NCBI RefSeq assembly: GCF_001186125.1
Contig: NW_014040556.1
Span: forward strand, 209,787-245,071
DNA: 35,285 nt
Source of the DNA: Sphaeroforma arctica JP610
Taxonomy: Eukaryota
Direction of reading: 5' to 3'
Position numbers and translations under genes: made by a program. Below are positions 27,703 to 35,285 of this stretch, one piece after another (the first letter of the stretch is position 1; every line of letters begins with the position of its first letter). The notes below the pieces were generated by a model that saw only the letters and a program-made list of their open reading frames with translations, was not told the DNA's origin and did no database searches.

Positions 27703-28267
27703 TTTTAAAAATCAAATTTCAAATTTCAAATTTCAAAAACCTGGCCCAAAAACCTGGCCCAAAAAAAAATATGTCTCAAAAACTGTGTTTCAAAAATCAT
27801 GTTTCAAAAATCATGTTTCAAAAATCATGTTTCAAAAATCATGTTTCAAAAATCAAATTTCAACAATCACGCTTCAAAAACCTGGCCCAAAAATTGTGTC
27901 TCAAAAACTGTGTCTCAAAAATCATGTTTCAAAAATCACGCTTCAAAAACCTGGCCCAAAAATTGTGTCTCAAAAATTGTGTCTCAAAAATTGTGTCTCA
28001 AAAACTAGGTTTCAAAAATCATGTTTCAAATTTCAAATTTCAACAATCACGCTTCAAAACCTGGCCCAAAAATTGTGTCTCAAAAACTGTGTCTCAAAAA
28101 TCATGTTTCAAAAATCACGCTTCAAAAACCTGGCCCAAAAATTGTGTTTCAAAAACATGGCTCAAAAAATACGTTTCAAAAACATGGCTCAAAAAATACG
28201 TTTCAAAATCATGTTTCAAAAAATCAAATTTCAATGTACAATTTTAAAACGTCGACACTCAATGAAT
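27703..28267 (+). repeat. Large AT-rich intergenic array of permuted 7/13/14-bp words
   Basis: Words aaaaatcatgtttc, aaaaa(c/t)tgtgtctc, aaaaatcacgcttc, aaaaacctggccc and aaatttc. Confidence 0.95.
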
Positions 28268-28428
28268 TGAAAAGGCTCGAGATGTATGTGCGGATACTCG
28301 AGCTCGTCGCGTGTAAAGAATGTCAACGGGTGGAACGTGTCAAGGCCGAGATCACGCTCCTGGAGCGATATAAACACGAACAAGAGGATGACGCTAGAAG
28401 TAGCAAGATACGGACTGGCGGCTTATAA
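28263..28428 (+). pseudogene. Truncated copy of the 3' end of gene 32285-33055
   Basis: ELKRLEMYVRILELVACKECQ-RVERVKAEITLLERYKHEQ versus ELKTLEMHVRKLELDVCKECQ(14 aa)RGERVKAEITLLERYIHEQ; DNA near-identical. Confidence 0.85.
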
Positions 28429-28450
28429 TAAAACTAGAATAAAAATAAAA

Positions 28451-29191
28451 ATGGTATATACGTATCTAGGGAAACAACTCTTGTCGAGATTAGAAATCGA
28501 TGAAGACGAGATTGTTGACACGATGGAGATTCTGGGAATTGGTCAGCAGTACGACACTGACGTGCGTGCAAATCTTGTCGAGCTAATGACGCATCGCCTC
28601 AGTGGAGAAAAAAAGTGCTCAAGTGCCCAGGCTGGCCATGTGTTTGAGGTTTACATGAACAAGTGTGATACTTTCAACAAACTCGCACGAAAAGTACGTC
28701 TACTACCAGATGTCATCGATCTGCGGTATTTTGGAGCCCCAAAGCTGTCGACGTCGCTCGTGTGTATTGCAAATATGGACAGGATAATACGCGAATGTCC
28801 CCGTGACCCAAAATTGCGCTGGGTATATCGAGGAGTCCACCCGGATAGAATTCAAATTGTGCATACGTTAACATCAGACCGCCATCTAGCAAACCGGTAC
28901 GAGTCCGCGCTTGTAAACTACGGCTTCACGTCGTGTACAACAAACATACACCAGGCGAACCGGTTTGCGTCTACGGAAAAGAAGTGCTGTATACTCCGAT
29001 TTCGCATACCCGAATCAGTTGCGTATTTTGACGCTCGCAAAATAAACACAATGGGCGAGGAAGAACTTGTGATTAGACGCAACACGACATTTTCGGCCTT
29101 CAGGCCAGTCTTTCGCCTGGATGATGATACACAGGTGATTGAGTGCGTATTGAGGATATCGCCTGCACCACTGGCCGACTATTTGACATGA
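28451..29191 (+). CDS. ADP-ribosyltransferase, R-S-E clade (VIP2/C2/Alt-like)
   Basis: WVYRGV, YGFTSCTT, ILRFRIP, GEEELVIRRN. ATG 28451. Confidence 0.85.
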   Translation: MVYTYLGKQLLSRLEIDEDEIVDTMEILGIGQQYDTDVRANLVELMTHRLSGEKKCSSAQAGHVFEVYMNKCDTFNKLARKVRLLPDVIDLRYFGAPKLSTSLVCIANMDRIIRECPRDPKLRWVYRGVHPDRIQIVHTLTSDRHLANRYESALVNYGFTSCTTNIHQANRFASTEKKCCILRFRIPESVAYFDARKINTMGEEELVIRRNTTFSAFRPVFRLDDDTQVIECVLRISPAPLADYLT

Positions 29192-29438
29192 ATGTGTTTC
29201 AAAAACATGGCTCAAAAATTGTGTTTCAAAAACACGTTTCAAAAACACGTTTCAAAAACTAGAGCTCAAAACTCATGTTTCAAATTTCAAATTTCAACAA
29301 TCACGCTTCAAAAACCTGGCCCAAAAATTGTGTTTCAAAAACTGTGTTTCAAAAACCCGGCTCAAAAAATACGTTTCAAAATCATGTTTCAAAAAATCAA
29401 ATTTCAATGTACAATTTTAAAACGTCACACTCAATGAA
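29192..29438 (+). repeat. AT-rich intergenic array between the two ART genes
   Basis: Same words as 27703-28267 and the same terminal sequence (tttcaatgtacaattttaaaacgtc..cactcaatgaa). Confidence 0.95.
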
Positions 29439-29460
29439 ATATGTATTTTGAAAAAAGTAA

Positions 29461-30267
29461 ATGCCAGTGTTCAAGGAGAAGGGGGAACGACTGCTCGCAG
29501 CGCTGAACATTTCACGACAAACAACGCACTCCTATCCCTACTATGCATCCTTGTCCCGCGAGCACTTCATGGAGGCCGTTTGCGAGGTTGGACGTGTAGT
29601 CGGTGAGTCGATAACGCTTTCCGATGATCCGTGCGCCAGCCTGGTGTACGCAATGACAATGCACGTCGCCGGTGAAAGGAAATGCGGCAGCGCGGACGCT
29701 CGCCACGTCCTTGAGGTGTACATGAACAGCCGCGAGACCTTCAATAAACTCGCGCGTGACCTCGTGTTGCCTGACCGAATCCCCCTCGGGTACTTTGGCT
29801 CACCTGCCAATGCAACCGGGCTCGTGTGTCTCACAAACATGGACCGAATCATTCTAGAACACGGGAATCAGTCACAGAACGATGGACTCGGCTGGGTATA
29901 TCGAGCTGTTCCCCCCAGCCTGGTGGAAACGATCACATTGTTCGCGGTAACACAGCAAGAAGAGTTCCACGCAGCGCTGCTCAACTTTGCTTTCACATCA
30001 TGTACAACGGATCTGGAGGTGGCCAGTCGACTAGTGTCTCGTGACCGCGGGTGCTGTGTGCTTGCGTTCCAGATCCCAGAGGAGGTCAACTACTTTGACG
30101 GCCGTGTCTTTAACACGATGGGGGAGGGGGAGATTATCATTCAACGCAACACGTATTTCAGCAACTTCCAGAAACCCGCAGACCCTGTGAACGGGATCAC
30201 GGTGGTAGAGTGCACACTGGATTTGCTCCAGCGCCCGCTATCCATCTACATTTCAAAGGTGCGCTGA
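29461..30267 (+). CDS. ADP-ribosyltransferase paralogue, R-S-E clade
   Basis: WVYRAV, FAFTSCTT, VLAFQIP, GEGEIIIQRN; collinear with 28451-29191. Confidence 0.85.
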   Translation: MPVFKEKGERLLAALNISRQTTHSYPYYASLSREHFMEAVCEVGRVVGESITLSDDPCASLVYAMTMHVAGERKCGSADARHVLEVYMNSRETFNKLARDLVLPDRIPLGYFGSPANATGLVCLTNMDRIILEHGNQSQNDGLGWVYRAVPPSLVETITLFAVTQQEEFHAALLNFAFTSCTTDLEVASRLVSRDRGCCVLAFQIPEEVNYFDGRVFNTMGEGEIIIQRNTYFSNFQKPADPVNGITVVECTLDLLQRPLSIYISKVR

Positions 30268-30324
30268 CTCGTGACTGACCAGACAAGTCAGGCTATCAAT
30301 TCACCAAGGTCAAAAGTCAAAATC

Positions 30325-30337
30325 AATAAAGTTTATT
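30325..30337. terminator. AT-rich hairpin/bidirectional AATAAA between convergent genes
   Basis: aataaa-g-tttatt inverted repeat. Confidence 0.35.
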
Positions 30338-30394
30338 TATTAATGTACAAGAGTCTATACAACAGTAGAGGCTACACCGCACAAGCAAGGGGCC

Positions 30395-31933
30395 CTAGAG
30401 CCCCATGTCCACTCGGCTCATCACAATCCCCGCCAGCGGGAGCACCATCTTCCCGGGCTCCACCGTTACCGGCACGCGTCGGCCCGTCAGGCTCTCGATC
30501 GCCGACATCGTCGTCTGTGCCACCATCTTTGTCAGCTTGTCAATGGCCGCCCGGGACTCGGCCGCCGTCGCCCTCTTCTCGCTCAGCTCCAGCAGCAGCG
30601 CCACGCCCACGTCCGTGTACTGCAGCACCGCCGTGTACAGGCACGCCGCGACCGCCATCTTGTCACTCGTGGTCCGGAGCATCCTAGTGTTGGCGACCTC
30701 TCCGAGGTGGTGGCACAGGAAGCGCACAGTGTTCTGCGGAGAGACCCGGCTCTCGTAGTCCCGCAGCTTCGGCAGGTCCATGTCGCGTACCTGGACCAGG
30801 TACAGCACAAACTTCTCAATCACGGGGTTGCCGGGGTCCCGGATCACCCGCTCGCTCGCCTCCCCAAACCCCATGCACTCGCCGTCCAGCGCAGCTCCTC
30901 CACCTCCGCCTCCCCCTAGGCCCTGCTCCACGTCCACGTCCCCGTCACCCCCAAGCACAATCCGCGCACCTCCCTTGCGCAGGTACTCGGCGTAGTGCGG
31001 GTTGTGCACAAACCCGCTCGTAATCCGCTTCCCGGTAGCGTACGAGAACAGCGTTCGGCAATCTTGCATTGTGCAGAACATCTGGTCGCAGCCCGCAACC
31101 TTGTTGATAAGGGCGCCACAGTTCCGGTTGGGACACGCTGTCGTCGTCGATCGCAGGTGCGTCACCGTCGCCAGCTCGTCCCTGTCGCACACGTGGCTGT
31201 CCAGAAGCTCCATGGCCAGGGCATTGAGGTTGATCATCCGCATCTCCGCGCTGTACGAGCTGGCGCCCTCGACCCCCAGGTCCTTCATGCAGCAGGGGCA
31301 GTAGCCCTTGCGACAGTCCACGCACAGCCCCGACTCCCCCAGCTTGCCTCTGCACCTTGGCGTCCCACACCCAACGAGAGCCTTCTTCACCGGCTGCGCG
31401 TCCGGCTCGGCCTCCACCACGTTCTCCCGAAGCAGCGCGTTAATATACTTTAGAATGACCTTGACCGGCACCAGTGCAAGGTCGAACTTGCCGTTCTTCC
31501 ACGCCACCGGCACCGCCTTCGGCCCCATGGCCGCCACGCACATGTCCGTGGTGTCCATCTCGGACCGCCGCTTCTTCACAAGCCCCCGGGCAAGCTGTGG
31601 AGCCACTCCCATATCGTGCACAGCCCCGCGTATGATGGTCGCAACGTTGACAAGGGGCTCTGCGTTCCGGTTGGGCTCGTCGAGCTGCAGCAGGAACCGG
31701 TCCCCCCACGCGGAGTACTTGGCCCGCACCGGCTCCGGCAGCCCCCGGGTCATGGCGGTGGTGTAGCGCTCATTGCACGACATGCACGTCGGGCCCGACT
31801 TGCTGGAGGTGGCCGCGTTCCGCACCATGCAGAGGCTACACTCGTGTAGCAGGCAGAACGGGCACCGCACAAACGGCGTGTCGGGCATGTCGGTGCTGTC
31901 CATGCAGCAGATCGTGCACTCGACGACGGGCAT
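30395..31933 (-). CDS. RING-IBR-RING (RBR/Ariadne-like) E3 ubiquitin ligase
   Basis: RING1 CTICC..CPFC..CSLC..CMSC; IBR CGTPRC..CVDC..CPCC..H.C; RING2 CPNRNCGALINKVAGCDQMFC with catalytic Cys, followed by HNPHY. ATG 31933. Confidence 0.9.
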   Translation of the reverse strand: MPVVECTICCMDSTDMPDTPFVRCPFCLLHECSLCMVRNAATSSKSGPTCMSCNERYTTAMTRGLPEPVRAKYSAWGDRFLLQLDEPNRNAEPLVNVATIIRGAVHDMGVAPQLARGLVKKRRSEMDTTDMCVAAMGPKAVPVAWKNGKFDLALVPVKVILKYINALLRENVVEAEPDAQPVKKALVGCGTPRCRGKLGESGLCVDCRKGYCPCCMKDLGVEGASSYSAEMRMINLNALAMELLDSHVCDRDELATVTHLRSTTTACPNRNCGALINKVAGCDQMFCTMQDCRTLFSYATGKRITSGFVHNPHYAEYLRKGGARIVLGGDGDVDVEQGLGGGGGGGAALDGECMGFGEASERVIRDPGNPVIEKFVLYLVQVRDMDLPKLRDYESRVSPQNTVRFLCHHLGEVANTRMLRTTSDKMAVAACLYTAVLQYTDVGVALLLELSEKRATAAESRAAIDKLTKMVAQTTMSAIESLTGRRVPVTVEPGKMVLPLAGIVMSRVDMGL

Positions 31934-32284
31934 TTTTAGCCGGGAGAGTCGGACAGCCGCGTAGAGGAGGAGTGCCACACAGGTGTAGAAGAGACTATAG
32001 TATCGAAGTGTGTACAGTACCACTGGTGCTAGGTGCATGTACACAGTGGCTGTAATCAAAATCAAAAGTATGATTGTGATTATGAATACCCTGGTCATTC
32101 TGCTCGTGCTATATATACAAGAAACGGGCCAGAGTACAACGACCATCAGCCAGTCCTGGCTGATGAGCCGCTGTTTTTGATTTTTGGTCACGTCCAGGTG
32201 TTCCCACCGGCTCCCGTCCCGACCTGTGCACGTGTCTGCCGGGTTTTCGACTTTAAAACGATACAATTATTTTGAAATAAACAG

Positions 32285-33055
32285 ATGTATTTTGAAAAAA
32301 GTAGCACAATTGGATCACAGTGTCTGTGCGATTTAGTAGACAATGTCCCAAAGCCAATTGGGATGCGACCATCGCTCAAGAGTGCATTGTTCTCCGCTGC
32401 GGCTGGCGACAAGCAGTTGCAATGTTGTGTGACCCAAATTATCAACGTCGTTGAAAAGTATGCTGTGGAACAGCAACAGACCACAATATACTCTTGGGCG
32501 GCGAGCCGGTGTACCTTCCTCGAGTGTCTCCAGTCCCTGTTCAAGAAAATCCGTCTATCCGACAAGAGATGCGAATTTCTGCTGTACTTGAAACAGAACC
32601 AGTTTGCGCACAAGCTCGAGTTCTACACGATATGTCTGGAGCTAGGCGTGTACGACTGGAACCAGTGTTATAGAGACACCCAGTTGGATTTGCTGCGAGT
32701 TCTGCTGATTGCCCTTGCTAACAGAACCAAGGAGGACGTTGATTTGACGGCTATGCAAGCGTACGTGCGGAACAGCGAAAGGAGGCGCGAGTCAAAGGTC
32801 GAGAGACGGGCGATATCAAAGATCGAAGACTCGGACCTCGACGGCATCATTGAATTGAAAACACTAGAGATGCATGTGAGGAAACTCGAGTTGGACGTGT
32901 GTAAAGAATGTCAATCGTATTTCGTGGACGGGTTTAACGTGGACGCACATCAGAAAAGGGGGGAACGTGTCAAGGCCGAGATCACGCTCCTGGAGCGATA
33001 TATACACGAACAAGAGTGTGACTCTAGAAGTAGCAAGATACGGCGACTGGGCTGA
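32285..33055 (+). CDS. Hypothetical helical protein (start may be 32363)
   Basis: 256-aa ORF with a conserved partial paralogue at 28263-28428. Confidence 0.7.
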   Translation: MYFEKSSTIGSQCLCDLVDNVPKPIGMRPSLKSALFSAAAGDKQLQCCVTQIINVVEKYAVEQQQTTIYSWAASRCTFLECLQSLFKKIRLSDKRCEFLLYLKQNQFAHKLEFYTICLELGVYDWNQCYRDTQLDLLRVLLIALANRTKEDVDLTAMQAYVRNSERRRESKVERRAISKIEDSDLDGIIELKTLEMHVRKLELDVCKECQSYFVDGFNVDAHQKRGERVKAEITLLERYIHEQECDSRSSKIRRLG

Positions 33056-33118
33056 GGGGAGCCTTGATCGATTTTTAAAAATAAATAAATAAACAACTCA
33101 CAAATCGCGTTCTAAAAA

Positions 33119-34339
33119 TCACCTCCAAAAACCCGACTCACGTCCACGTGTTCCTACTCGCCCCCGACCCCTCGTCAGGGTGCACGTGTCCACCAGCGTA
33201 CCCTTGGTGTTGTAGTACTCAAACTTGACGCTCGCCGCACCCGCGGTGCACTTGAGGGCCCCCTGGCTGTTCGGGAGCACGTCGTGGTGCGCGTGGACCG
33301 TAAACCCGGACGCCGCCGTCACGGAGCCCTCGCAGCTGTCCTCGGCCCGGTCGCCATCGTTCTTGCCGGACCCGGTCATGAAGGCCATCATGCCGCCCCA
33401 CCCGGCCAGCTTGCCGTACGACTTGCCGCCGACCTGGTACTCGACGCTTTCGTCCGGATACGAGTACCGCCCCATGCCGTGGTCGTGGCCCGTAAAGATA
33501 GCGTCGATGCCCTTCTCGGCGAGCGGGAACACAAACAGGTCTGCCTCGCAGCTGCCCGCGCAGCAGTACCTGAAGGTGCTGAACGGCGACCAATGGTTGA
33601 CGAGGAACCTGAACTTGACGGCCGTGTTGGCCATGGACGCAGTAAGCGCTATGCTAAGCCAGGTGTACTGGCTCGACCCCTTGCTGAACCCGCCGCCACC
33701 CAGGTCAGACGTCGTGGCCAGCACAAACCACTGGATGTTGCCCATGATAAACGTGTAGTACGGCGCACCCTCGTAGGACGGGACTATCACGTTGCCGGGC
33801 AGCGCCGTGCCCGGCTTGAGGTTAAAGTACTCAATGAACGCGGCGGCGTCGTCGCCGCTGGCCATGTCGTAGTCGTGGTTGCCAATGGCCGGAAAGATAC
33901 GCTTGGCCGCCAGCAGACCGGCAAAGTGCTTGCCGATGCCGGCCTTGAACCCCGCGTGCCCCGCGGGCCCCTTGGTATCGGGATCGGTGTAGTCGAGGTC
34001 ACCCGCAGTGACGAGGTACGCCGGGCCCCAGGGCGCGGAGAGCGTGGCGAGGCTCTCGTACACGTCCTGGTCAATATCCGACACTACCATGAATGTGAGA
34101 CTAGAGGTGTCCGTGCTGACAACAGTGCCCGCACTAGAGCTTGAGTTTCCCGTGTTGGAGACGACAGTGCCTCCCGTGTTGGAGACGACAGTGCCCCCAC
34201 TCGAGTTCTCTGTGTTAGTAGTGGTGGTAACATCGGTATCCGTGGTACTCCCTGATTTGTTGTAGAGTATAACACCTACAACGATACCCACGATCAGGAG
34301 GATAGCAAGGCCACCAACGGCAATCCAAACCCCAGACAT
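33119..34339 (-). CDS. Membrane-anchored calcineurin-like metallophosphoesterase (purple acid phosphatase-like)
   Basis: TM + T/S/G linker, then VSD, AGDLDY, IGNHDY, VNH and TGHDH metal-binding motifs. Confidence 0.9.
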   Translation of the reverse strand: MSGVWIAVGGLAILLIVGIVVGVILYNKSGSTTDTDVTTTTNTENSSGGTVVSNTGGTVVSNTGNSSSSAGTVVSTDTSSLTFMVVSDIDQDVYESLATLSAPWGPAYLVTAGDLDYTDPDTKGPAGHAGFKAGIGKHFAGLLAAKRIFPAIGNHDYDMASGDDAAAFIEYFNLKPGTALPGNVIVPSYEGAPYYTFIMGNIQWFVLATTSDLGGGGFSKGSSQYTWLSIALTASMANTAVKFRFLVNHWSPFSTFRYCCAGSCEADLFVFPLAEKGIDAIFTGHDHGMGRYSYPDESVEYQVGGKSYGKLAGWGGMMAFMTGSGKNDGDRAEDSCEGSVTAASGFTVHAHHDVLPNSQGALKCTAGAASVKFEYYNTKGTLVDTCTLTRGRGRVGTRGRESGFWR

Positions 34340-34448
34340 TTTTATAGTATGTTCAGTATGCTCTAAGTCTCATTCCATAAAAAAAAAATCTTGCTTGAAG
34401 TGTGGGATAATTTTTTTTATTGATAAACGCTAAAACTACAACACAACA

Positions 34449-34630
34449 CAGTGGTCACACTAGGGTCAAAGGTACAAGCGCGGCGACTTGTCCAGATTGC
34501 CAAGGTTCAGTGGTCGTACTAGGGTCAAAGGTACAAGCACGGCGACTTGTCCAGATTGCCAAGGTTCAGTGGTCGTACTAGGGTCAAAGGTACAAGCACG
34601 GCGACCTGTCCAGATTGCCAGGTTCAGTGA
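34449..34630. repeat. 59-bp tandem repeat x3
   Basis: cagtggtc..actagggtcaaaggtacaagc.cggcgac.tgtccagattgccaaggtt starts at 34449, 34508 and 34567. Confidence 0.95.
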
Positions 34631-34718
34631 CCACGCCACGATCAGAGGACAAGCACGGCGGCTTGTCCTCATCACTAGGTTAGGCTACAAACACAAACAC
34701 ATTACAAACACAAACACT

Positions 34719-35285
34719 TTAGACTGGTTTAGAGTAGTCTGCCAAACTCGGTAGCAGTGGCAGTGATTCTGGCAAGCCGTGCAAACCCGGCTGTAATAGG
34801 TCCGACTGCAGGGGAGGCAGGCCGTCCGGCTGCAGGGGAGGCAGGCCGTCCGGCTGCAGGGGAGGCAGGCCGTCCGGCAGCAGTGTCGCACCTTCTACCA
34901 GGTGCAGGGAAAGCAAAGCGTCAGTTTCTTCCAAGGATGGCAAGACTGACCAGTCCACGGTGTCAGACTCGCCCCTAGCCTTTTTGACAGCATCTCGATC
35001 CTCGACACTGTCACGTGTGCGCTTCCGACTAGGCGGTGGCCCCGACAGGTCCTTGGGCCCATCGTCAGCAGCGTCCACGCTCTTGGACTCCTTCGATGTG
35101 TCCTTGGGCTCCTTGGCAGTCTCGGTCTTCGGCGGGTCCTTGGGCGCCCTGGTCTCCTTGGCCGGCTCCTTGGACGGGTCCTTGGGCTCCTTGGCAGTCT
35201 CGGCCTTCGGCGGGTCCTTGGGCGCCCTGGCCTCCTTGGCCGGCTCCTTGGGCTCCTTGGCAGTCTCGGCCTTCGGCGGGTCCTT
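34719..35285 (-). CDS. Low-complexity K/E/P repeat protein, 5' partial
   Basis: The frame is open to the window end. KDPPKAETAKEP repeats, NLS-like SRKRTR, LPPLQPDG x3 (24-bp repeat). Confidence 0.75.
   Translation of the reverse strand, partial: KDPPKAETAKEPKEPAKEARAPKDPPKAETAKEPKDPSKEPAKETRAPKDPPKTETAKEPKDTSKESKSVDAADDGPKDLSGPPPSRKRTRDSVEDRDAVKKARGESDTVDWSVLPSLEETDALLSLHLVEGATLLPDGLPPLQPDGLPPLQPDGLPPLQSDLLQPGLHGLPESLPLLPSLADYSKPV

Noticed and set aside
27703..28267. CRISPR-like or MIMIVIRE-like array next to the DinG helicase
   Set aside because: No constant repeat with unique spacers; all segments are re-used words, and there are no cas-like genes.
27771..28270. ORFs in all three frames across AT-rich arrays (also 7124-7333, 18346-18876, 29192-29437)
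   Set aside because: The repeat words lack stops; being open in several frames indicates non-coding repeat.
34449..34630. CRISPR array
   Set aside because: Units are head-to-tail near-identical with no spacers.
1..35285. tRNA/rRNA genes, spliceosomal introns, bacterial operons
   Set aside because: None recognisable by eye (tRNAscan/Infernal not run). Genes are contiguous ORFs without evident Shine-Dalgarno motifs and include eukaryote-type domains.

Overview
This 35.3 kb window looks like an accessory region of a giant eukaryotic DNA virus (Nucleocytoviricota). It could be free-living or an endogenised copy. The genes are intronless, mostly GC3-rich and tightly packed, separated by AT-rich intergenic tracts and repeat arrays. 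No capsid or polymerase hallmark gene is present, so the lineage cannot be fixed. Recognisable products are: a fibre protein with an S74 chaperone, F-box/LRR, RING and RBR E3 ligases, Bro-N, ankyrin, a FEN1/XPG nuclease, a DinG/XPD helicase, an EEP nuclease/phosphatase, two tandem R-S-E ADP-ribosyltransferases, and a set of secreted or membrane-anchored enzymes (PL3 pectate lyase, two jelly-roll polysaccharide lyases, a TIM-barrel glycoside hydrolase, a ricin-type lectin and a metallophosphoesterase). The most notable items are: (1) a natural six-finger C2H2 zinc-finger/PD-(D/E)XK nuclease fusion; (2) a second nuclease with six 23-aa repeats carrying a variable patch; (3) a shared N-terminal membrane anchor reused on unrelated enzymes; (4) strand-polarised 7/14-bp repeat arrays sitting at duplication and deletion junctions; and (5) TTTAGGG telomere-like tracts directly after two nuclease genes. 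All calls come from reading motifs by eye; no searches were run. Two 20-N gaps and three apparent frameshifts limit certainty.
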